From a virus: 17,570 bases of DNA. The notes beneath the pieces are model-generated. The model was given only the letters and a program-made list of their open reading frames with translations. It ran no database searches and was not told the DNA's origin. Location: positions 1 through 17,570 of the IMG/VR virus record IMGVR_UViG_3300045988_058210; one strand, given 5' to 3'. Positions 7,628 to 12,772 of this stretch are shown here, in pieces; within the stretch, counting starts at the first letter, position 1; each line of letters opens with the position of its first letter. The translations under genes were made by a program, and so were the position numbers.

Positions 7628-7972
7628 TCACTCTCCTTTTCCGCTCAGAATGAGCTGAGACATATCAAGATCGTTGATACTTGTTGCGGTTTCTTCCGAT
7701 TCCGGCGCGTTTCCGCCAAACTCGGTTACTTTTGTGATACTTCCGCCGTGGGTAAGATCAGACCAGCGGCTTTTGATTTCTGCCACCGCGGAATCATACT
7801 TTCCTTTCAGTTCGTCCCGTTCTGCGACCAGCGCGTCACGTTCGGACATCAGTGCGCCGATGTCGGTATCTTCTGTTTTGATTTTTTCGCTGATGGCGGC
7901 GATTGCGTCACCGTGCGTTTCGATGTTTCCAATGTCGGCTACGATTTCCGACCAATACTCTTCAAGTGTCAT
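7628..7972 (-). CDS. Scaffolding protein (phi29 gp7-like by position and composition)
   Basis: This 114-aa ORF is acidic and has heptad-like coiled-coil text (ALMSERDALVAERDELKGKYDSAVAEIKSRW). It lies directly upstream of the capsid gene, with the SD AGGAGG 6 nt from its ATG. Confidence 0.55.
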   Translation of the reverse strand: MTLEEYWSEIVADIGNIETHGDAIAAISEKIKTEDTDIGALMSERDALVAERDELKGKYDSAVAEIKSRWSDLTHGGSITKVTEFGGNAPESEETATSINDLDMSQLILSGKGE

Positions 7973-7973
7973 G

Positions 7974-9026
7974 TTAAAACCTCCTTTTTAAATTGGGATA
8001 TAACCAGATTGGCATTTTATGCCGTTTTGGTTTCGTTGGGTGAGGCGGCTCGGGGGGTTCGGGTTGTCCAGGTGACAAATACCGAAATACCATGACCGCG
8101 TTATTCAAACGTTCGGAATCAGATAAATACCGATTCCCAACAAGCCATCCGGTAATTGCAGAATCTTTTGCGTGTTCGGAAATAAAATTGAAACATTCAT
8201 GTGATTTTTCCTGCCGGAACGCAAGTGTTCCATCGTCACTGATTCCCTCCCACCCTTTCATGTAAGCGGCAGTCAGTGCGTTAAGATCGGTACTGTCACT
8301 ATGTAAAAACGCTTGCAGATTTTCGTAAGCACTTGCCGCGCCTACAGAATACCATACATTCTCGTAGATCAAATACTCTAACTGTGCGTTTCCATCGTCC
8401 CGGCTGTACCCGTTCGCGTCCAGCCAATGAAATAACTGTGTGCGGCGGTTGGTGTCGGCGTTATCTGTCCATTGACCCAATCCATAGCCGGGCGCTCCTA
8501 CAATCGTACCTTGCCACAACCCAGGGTTTACGGTTGACTCCTGCCAGAAATTGCCACAGATGGAGGCAATCACATACTGGCTGATATCGCTTTCTACCGC
8601 AACCGGATACCGATAAAGATACGTCCAGGAGCTATAGGGAGACACAAACGTATTGATGGATACCTGTCTGTCCAGCGGGTAACTATCGGTATGCGCTCCC
8701 ATCGTATACCCTCCGCCGTCTGCCTGATCATACACCATTTCGGTATGACCGGAACGCCATAAGATATCACCTTTCTTCCATGGCTGATTGGCTGTACCTT
8801 TTTGAAATCCTGCACCGATCAGATACCCATCCATGCTCCGAGTGGTAAACCATGGGTTAGATGCTAAAAACCCGCCGACCGTACAACAATAACTCATGAG
8901 GGACGAACAATCATAGTACGTAATACCTCCTACGGTCTGACCCTCACGATACGTTTGGGAATATCCAACGTTTGGATTGTTACAAATCTCGATACAGGTA
9001 TTGTACGCAAGTGTCAGATCAGCCAC
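7974..9026 (-). CDS. Tail-associated peptidoglycan hydrolase: N-terminal NlpC/P60-CHAP-like cysteine peptidase plus C-terminal phage tail lysozyme domain (functional analogue of phi29 gp13)
   Basis: This 350-aa ORF starts at GTG (9024-9026), preceded by GAGGGG. Cys and His motifs are YYDCSSLM and SGHTEMVY. The C-terminal half has the GNFWQESTVNP ... GYGLGQWT pattern I associate with the phage tail lysozyme family. Its start overlaps the endolysin stop (GTGGCTGA). Confidence 0.72.
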   Translation of the reverse strand: MADLTLAYNTCIEICNNPNVGYSQTYREGQTVGGITYYDCSSLMSYCCTVGGFLASNPWFTTRSMDGYLIGAGFQKGTANQPWKKGDILWRSGHTEMVYDQADGGGYTMGAHTDSYPLDRQVSINTFVSPYSSWTYLYRYPVAVESDISQYVIASICGNFWQESTVNPGLWQGTIVGAPGYGLGQWTDNADTNRRTQLFHWLDANGYSRDDGNAQLEYLIYENVWYSVGAASAYENLQAFLHSDSTDLNALTAAYMKGWEGISDDGTLAFRQEKSHECFNFISEHAKDSAITGWLVGNRYLSDSERLNNAVMVFRYLSPGQPEPPEPPHPTKPKRHKMPIWLYPNLKRRF

Positions 9027-9723
9027 GGGTCAACCCCTCTTTTGCGACGTAACCAGTATAGACGATTCTATTGACAACCGCTTTTACAAGATACCACTCA
9101 TTTGTATAATACCCGTAGTTTCTAACACTGGTTCCGGTTGGCAACGTCAAGATGACAGTTTTATTCATTCCCGCGCCAACACGCAGATGATAGCGATCAT
9201 TGGTATGATACGCTCCTGCAATTTTCCGGTCAAAACTACGCGCGGATTCTGTTTTGATTGAACTTTCCATGACGTTATTCGGCTTTTCGTCGACGGCTCC
9301 TGCATACCGATAGTGAACGGTATTTTCATACGGAAGATCGTAATAAGACCGTACACAGATTTCTTTTCCGGTCTGATCTCCCGTCTGACCATCAATCCCG
9401 CCGTTTTCCGACTGGCTGGCGTGGACGATGCGGTTCGCGTCAACCGACATCGTTACATGATGACCAGCCGCAAGGTGGATATCCCCGCGTCTCCACGGTT
9501 TACCGCATTTCACAAAACCAGCGTTTTCCAACTGTTCACCTAGATTTCTAGTTGTGCTGTAAATGCTGACCGGAAAACCAGCATTTGCAAGTGCAGTCCC
9601 GACAAAAGAGGAGCAGTCATAATCGGGACTGTTCCGGTGTACCTGTGAGTACCCGTGCCGATCATCGGCGGCGATTTGTTCCGCCCATGCAACTGCTTTT
9701 TCGATTTTATTCATTCTTTCCAC
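9019..9723 (-). CDS. Endolysin: NlpC/P60-CHAP-like cysteine peptidase plus C-terminal SH3b-like cell-wall-binding domain
   Basis: This 234-aa ORF has the SD AGGAGGTGG. Catalytic-type motifs are DYDCSSFVG and AAGHHVTM. The C-terminus (YHLRVGAGMNKTVILTLPTGTSVRNYGYYTNEWYLVK) looks like a bacterial SH3 domain. It lies immediately after a holin-like gene. Confidence 0.78.
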   Translation of the reverse strand: MERMNKIEKAVAWAEQIAADDRHGYSQVHRNSPDYDCSSFVGTALANAGFPVSIYSTTRNLGEQLENAGFVKCGKPWRRGDIHLAAGHHVTMSVDANRIVHASQSENGGIDGQTGDQTGKEICVRSYYDLPYENTVHYRYAGAVDEKPNNVMESSIKTESARSFDRKIAGAYHTNDRYHLRVGAGMNKTVILTLPTGTSVRNYGYYTNEWYLVKAVVNRIVYTGYVAKEGLTRG

Positions 9724-9904
9724 CTCCTAAGTGCTGGCAAAGTGAATTAATTGCAGTCGTGTTCGCTTCTACGCTTTTCCGCAGTTCTTCCATTTCTGCC
9801 TTGTGTGCGTCTTTTTCTTTCACCAGATACCAGAAAAGTGCGCCGCAACAAACAATTGGAAAACCGAGACTTCCAACTAACTGCGTTACCATAGTTACAT
9901 CCAT
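9707..9904 (-). CDS. Holin-like membrane protein (BhlA/UviB-like architecture)
   Basis: This 65-aa ORF has the SD GGAGGT 6 nt upstream. It has a single N-terminal hydrophobic helix (LVGSLGFPIVCCGALFWYLV) followed by a charged coiled segment. It overlaps the endolysin start by 17 nt. Confidence 0.62.
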   Translation of the reverse strand: MDVTMVTQLVGSLGFPIVCCGALFWYLVKEKDAHKAEMEELRKSVEANTTAINSLCQHLGGGKNE

Positions 9905-10185
9905 GTTTCTACCTCCTTATCCTGCCATTTTAACCAGTCCTCAATTTCACTTAATTTATCACACATAATAAAATTATGAATGAAGCGGACAGGCGATTTA
10001 CTGTTATACGCGTTGCCATCCATAAAAAAGAAATCCCACAAATACCGAATGTGAGTCTCATAATTTTCATGTGGGACAATGATTAACGTGTCTTTTTCGT
10101 CCCCTTTATAGCGTACCGTATAAGCAAGATAAGCATTTTCTTTTTTCATCATGCTGACAATCATATTAAAAACGATATTTGCCAT
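9895..10185 (-). CDS. Hypothetical protein (96 aa), first gene after the internal promoter and structured leader
   Basis: The ORF has the SD AGGAG 5 nt upstream of its ATG and overlaps the holin start by 10 nt. I recognise no motifs. Confidence 0.6.
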   Translation of the reverse strand: MANIVFNMIVSMMKKENAYLAYTVRYKGDEKDTLIIVPHENYETHIRYLWDFFFMDGNAYNSKSPVRFIHNFIMCDKLSEIEDWLKWQDKEVETWM

Positions 10186-10200
10186 CTTTGCTCCTTTCTT

Positions 10201-10291
10201 CCCGTCCTTTGAAAAACAAGGAAACCTTTTGACCTGCCAGGACGGGGCGGTTTACTCAACCGTGGCAACCCCTCTAAAAAGGTTTCCCTAT
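10201..10291 (-). ncRNA. Structured RNA element (pseudoknot-capable, terminator-like closing stem); candidate small ncRNA (pRNA-like) or transcription attenuator
   Basis: Minus-strand RNA features, given in plus-strand coordinates. P1 is an 11-bp stem, GGAAACCUUUU (10287-10277) pairing with AAAAGGUUUCC (10230-10220), followed by UUGUUUUU (10219-10212). P2a is GGGG (10272-10269) with CCCC (10247-10244). P2b is CGGUU (10262-10258) with AACCG (10252-10248), loop GAGUA. The 6-nt bulge UUGCCA (10268-10263) is complementary to UGGCAG (10239-10234). An alternative helix pairs CCCGUCC (10246-10240) with GGACGGG (10207-10201), just upstream of the SD. Confidence 0.45.
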
Positions 10292-10297
10292 ATTTTC

Positions 10298-10326
10298 ATA
10301 ATACAGCTTTTCTGTCCGTTTGTCAA
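10298..10326 (-). promoter_or_regulatory. Near-consensus sigma-A/sigma-70 promoter (TTGACA-17-TATTAT)
   Basis: On the minus strand, TTGACA (10326-10321) is followed by the 17-nt spacer aacggacagaaaagctg and then TATTAT (10303-10298). It lies in the 165-bp gap between the ATPase gene and the 96-aa gene. Confidence 0.7.
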
Positions 10327-10334
10327 GTACAGTT

Positions 10335-10351
10335 GTCCGTCTCTTACGGAC
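10335..10351. promoter_or_regulatory. Palindrome GTCCGT-N5-ACGGAC, 8 bp upstream of the -35 box; an extra GTCCGT half-site lies in the spacer (10314-10319)
   Basis: Read directly: gtccgtctcttacggac. It has the same arm sequence and spacing as the ITR terminal palindromes at 10-26 and 41-57, and it overlaps the ATPase stop codon. Confidence 0.5.
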
Positions 10352-11490
10352 TATTTATAAAGATCAATCCCCAGCAACTCAACCGCCATATTTTTACTGT
10401 CAAGATCATCAAAACGCAAGTATGCTTTTTGGTACGCTTCAACTAACCTTACAAACAAGTAATCATAATGATCGAGCATAACCGTGTTTTGTGTGTGATC
10501 ACCGTCACGGAAAACAGCAACATAAGTGCAAGACGGGTTACACTTATGCGTGATATAAATATACCCATCTTCATAATAATCATATACCCCATACCTTTTC
10601 CCACTATGCTGAATCGTGAACAGATACCGCGACCGTCCGGTCGGCTTCTGCACAAACACGGCATCATCAATCAACATCTGATCTCCCACGCTCATGCTCT
10701 GCATGTAGTGACCGCCGCGGAACGCTTTCAAAGCGGTGTTCTCCCACATGGCTTTACTTGCACTATCGTTGTGCGTAAACTCACACACAAAACCAGTTCC
10801 ATGCAGCATTTTGGTTTCTTTCTGATACCGCTTGTGGATGCCGAAAAAAACAAAATGGGGATTGAGCAACGAAATATTATTGGATGCCATCACCAGTTTA
10901 AACCATCGGGACTGGCTTCCATTTCCACGACTGATCGTCAATAACAACGATTGCAGTTTTTCGGGTTCCCCTTTTACGTATTGCCCGCTTTCCATGCTAA
11001 ACTCATCAAAAAACAAAAAGTAGATATCCCGAAAATACGGTGACAGCTTTTTTACACTGTCCATCTTACTTCCAAAACTAAACGCGCATCCGAACGGCTC
11101 ACCATCCAAAAAGTACCGGACGACATTTCCGTTTTTGTCAAGATTTTTATAAGTAATCACACTTCCTAATTTTGGATACATTCTTAGCATATCTTCATAC
11201 ATTGCCGCCGCTCCCGTCATCTCCCCTTTTGTCCGAAAAATCCATCCCGTCTGCAATCCGTACTCTTTACACAAGATACAGCTTGCCGCGGCAAACGCAC
11301 TTGTCTTTCCAGCACTACGGTTGGAACACGTAATTGCTACGCCAGCGAAATCACCGTCTACGTCCGGCTCGGTAAATAACCGAATCGGATTGTAGTACTG
11401 AATCGTATTGCCTTTATCGTCTGCCGATTCAAATTTCACATCATAATCAGCGAAAAGTTTTTCCCAATTGATATCATTCCAAAAAATCAT
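10351..11490 (-). CDS. DNA packaging (encapsidation) ATPase, phi29 gp16-like
   Basis: This 379-aa ORF has Walker A CSNRSAGKTS (compare gp16 GARGIGKS) and Walker B IYFLFFDEFS (compare gp16 TIVFDEFI). The ATG has no adjacent SD; see the finding on the palindrome and mini-ORF at 11491-11530. Confidence 0.85.
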   Translation of the reverse strand: MIFWNDINWEKLFADYDVKFESADDKGNTIQYYNPIRLFTEPDVDGDFAGVAITCSNRSAGKTSAFAAASCILCKEYGLQTGWIFRTKGEMTGAAAMYEDMLRMYPKLGSVITYKNLDKNGNVVRYFLDGEPFGCAFSFGSKMDSVKKLSPYFRDIYFLFFDEFSMESGQYVKGEPEKLQSLLLTISRGNGSQSRWFKLVMASNNISLLNPHFVFFGIHKRYQKETKMLHGTGFVCEFTHNDSASKAMWENTALKAFRGGHYMQSMSVGDQMLIDDAVFVQKPTGRSRYLFTIQHSGKRYGVYDYYEDGYIYITHKCNPSCTYVAVFRDGDHTQNTVMLDHYDYLFVRLVEAYQKAYLRFDDLDSKNMAVELLGIDLYK

Positions 11491-11518
11491 TGTTTCACGT
11501 GAAACATTTTTGTTTCAC
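11491..11518. promoter_or_regulatory. 16-bp perfect palindrome TGTTTCACGTGAAACA plus a third half-site (TGTTTCAC), abutting the ATPase start codon
   Basis: Read directly: tgtttcacgtgaaaca (11491-11506), tttt, tgtttcac (11511-11518). The SD-like AAAGGAGG lies at 11520-11527 (minus sense). The identical 16-mer recurs at 14873-14888. Confidence 0.55.
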
Positions 11519-11540
11519 GGCCTCCTTTCTATCATTTCCC

Positions 11541-11612
11541 GCTCCGCGTCACCGCCAGTTCCCCGCCAGTCGCTCCGCAGTCAATCTCACGTTAATCGCA
11601 CGATATCGCACG
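11541..11612. repeat. Cluster of short direct repeats in the early/late intergenic region
   Basis: GCTCCGC(G/A)GTC occurs at 11541-11550 and 11572-11582. CCGCCAGT occurs at 11552-11559 and 11563-11570. ATC(T/G)CACG occurs at 11584, 11595 and 11605, spaced 11 and 10 bp apart. Confidence 0.7.
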
Positions 11613-11656
11613 TTTTGCTGCAGATGGACGCAGAGGCGGCAGAGCTCGCTGGGTAT

Positions 11657-11690
11657 CAAAAAGAGCTACGCTGGAAAACGTAGCTCTCTC
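11657..11690 (-). terminator. Rho-independent terminator ending the early/replication transcription unit
   Basis: The minus-strand RNA reads AGAGCUACG-UUUUCCAG-CGUAGCUCU followed by UUUUUGAU. The stem pairs 11679-11687 with 11662-11670 (9 bp). It lies 110 nt downstream of the 11801..12220 gene. Confidence 0.85.
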
Positions 11691-11800
11691 ACACGTATGG
11701 AGTTTTTTCAAACACAAGATATCGTAACAATCAACTACAGGTAACTTATCATACTCTTTGGTACCGTCCACCAGTCGGCGCGCGTATTGCGTTCATGTAT

Positions 11801-12220
11801 TTAAGCGAACGGGTTGAATTTTGCCAGCTCGCCGAACTTATGGACGTTTACGGCGGAAAGGAAGGCCGTGAATCCCTTTTCGCGGCGGAACTTGCTTTCG
11901 CCGATCGAGAGGAAGAGGTCAACAACTGCGCCTTTGCCGAGTTCGGCAACACTAGAAACGGTGTCGCTCTCGAATCCGTCCTCATAAAAGGCAACGCGGT
12001 AATTTGTCTGCGCTTTTACGTAGATACCATATTCGTCACTTTCTTTCGCCGGAATCCACTTTGCTTCTGCGGCGGCATCCTCACCAAACTCTTCGATAAT
12101 TTTTTCGAAGATGGCTTTCTGCTGGTCTTCTGTGATCAAAGCAGAAATAACGCTTTTGCCGTCCTCTTCCTTTGCATATTTTACAGTTACGTTGTTCAGT
12201 TTCATTTTTGCTTTACTCAT
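11801..12220 (-). CDS. Putative ssDNA-binding protein (T7 gp2.5 / DUF2815-like architecture)
   Basis: This 139-aa ORF has the SD AAGGAGAG. The N-terminal KLNNVTVKYAKEE and the C-terminal GKGAVVDLFLSIGESKFRREKGFTAFLSAVNVHKFGE resemble the OB-fold pattern of DUF2815/gp2.5-like phage SSBs as I recall it. It sits in the replication module. Confidence 0.45.
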   Translation of the reverse strand: MSKAKMKLNNVTVKYAKEEDGKSVISALITEDQQKAIFEKIIEEFGEDAAAEAKWIPAKESDEYGIYVKAQTNYRVAFYEDGFESDTVSSVAELGKGAVVDLFLSIGESKFRREKGFTAFLSAVNVHKFGELAKFNPFA

Positions 12221-12326
12221 GATTTTCTCTCCTTTTGCTTAAGTTGTTTCCTATGCAGAACCGCGGCGATTTGCTTTGATCGTTTCCGTCTTATCTGGTC
12301 ACTTCCAGACCGCGGTTGTGCGCTGA

Positions 12327-12563
12327 TTAGTCGTCCAGTCTCTTTGCTTCTGCAAAGAACTGTTCGTCAGGCATCTCGTAGCGGGCGGATACGGTATCGG
12401 TTAATACACAGATGAAATCCTCCGGAAAACCAGCGGCGGCAACAGCGGCGGTTTTTGCTTTCTGCGATTTCAGTTCTTCTGTATTACTAAAAGCGCCGAC
12501 CACCTGTTTTGTGTTTCTGTCAATGACAGAGTAGATAAAATTTTCGATTTTTGTTCTAACCAT
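12327..12563 (-). CDS. Hypothetical protein (78 aa)
   Basis: I trimmed the ORF-track call 12327..12638 to the internal ATG at 12561-12563. That ATG is preceded by GGAGA with 7-nt spacing, and the longer version would begin inside the promoter. Confidence 0.6.
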   Translation of the reverse strand: MVRTKIENFIYSVIDRNTKQVVGAFSNTEELKSQKAKTAAVAAAGFPEDFICVLTDTVSARYEMPDEQFFAEAKRLDD

Positions 12564-12609
12564 ACTTTTTTCTCCTTTCGTTATATTGGTATTTGTTCTT
12601 ACAAGTATT

Positions 12610-12638
12610 ATAATAGCATGTCCGACCAAAAAAGTCAA
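12610..12638 (-). promoter_or_regulatory. Near-consensus sigma-A/sigma-70 promoter (TTGACT-17-TATTAT, with TG at the extended -10 position)
   Basis: On the minus strand, TTGACT (12638-12633) is followed by the 17-nt spacer tttttggtcggacatgc and then TATTAT (12615-12610). It lies in the AT-rich gap after the DNA polymerase gene. Confidence 0.65.
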
Positions 12639-12772
12639 TAGTTAAAATAAGAAAATAAAGAAAATATCCAAAAATAAAAGCAGGATGGAAAGGTCGAGTT
12701 CTTCCTCATGTAACGCCCAGATCGTTGATAATACCAAAAACATAAAAAACACAAAATATCCCATATCGTCTC

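Noticed and set aside
10201-10291. Assigning the structured leader to a named riboswitch class (fluoride, preQ1 and others)
   Set aside because: It has only a vague resemblance (an AACCGCC segment). I cannot match the full consensus of any class from memory, so I leave it as an unclassified structured RNA.
12258-12317. Inverted repeat GAACCGCGG ... CCGCGGTT between the 78-aa gene and the SSB-like gene
   Set aside because: It has only 8-9-bp arms separated by about 43 nt and no U-tract. It could be a weak RNA structure, but the evidence is too thin to call a feature.
11795-12415. 206-aa plus-strand ORF, the longest plus-strand ORF in the unique region
   Set aside because: It is fully antisense to the SD-preceded SSB-like gene and to the intergenic region. 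It has no SD, and its Phe/Cys/Leu-rich composition is typical of antisense reading of a real gene.
12564-12638. Longer N-terminal versions of two ORF-track calls (12327..12638 and 16006..16434)
   Set aside because: Their upstream ATGs have no SD; one of them lies inside the predicted promoter. Internal ATGs at 12563 and 16398 have good SD sequences at proper spacing.
12639-12772. Possible terminator after the polymerase gene (U-rich CUUUUAUUUUUGG region)
   Set aside because: I could not find a convincing GC-rich stem preceding the U-tract. The region is simply AT-rich upstream promoter DNA.
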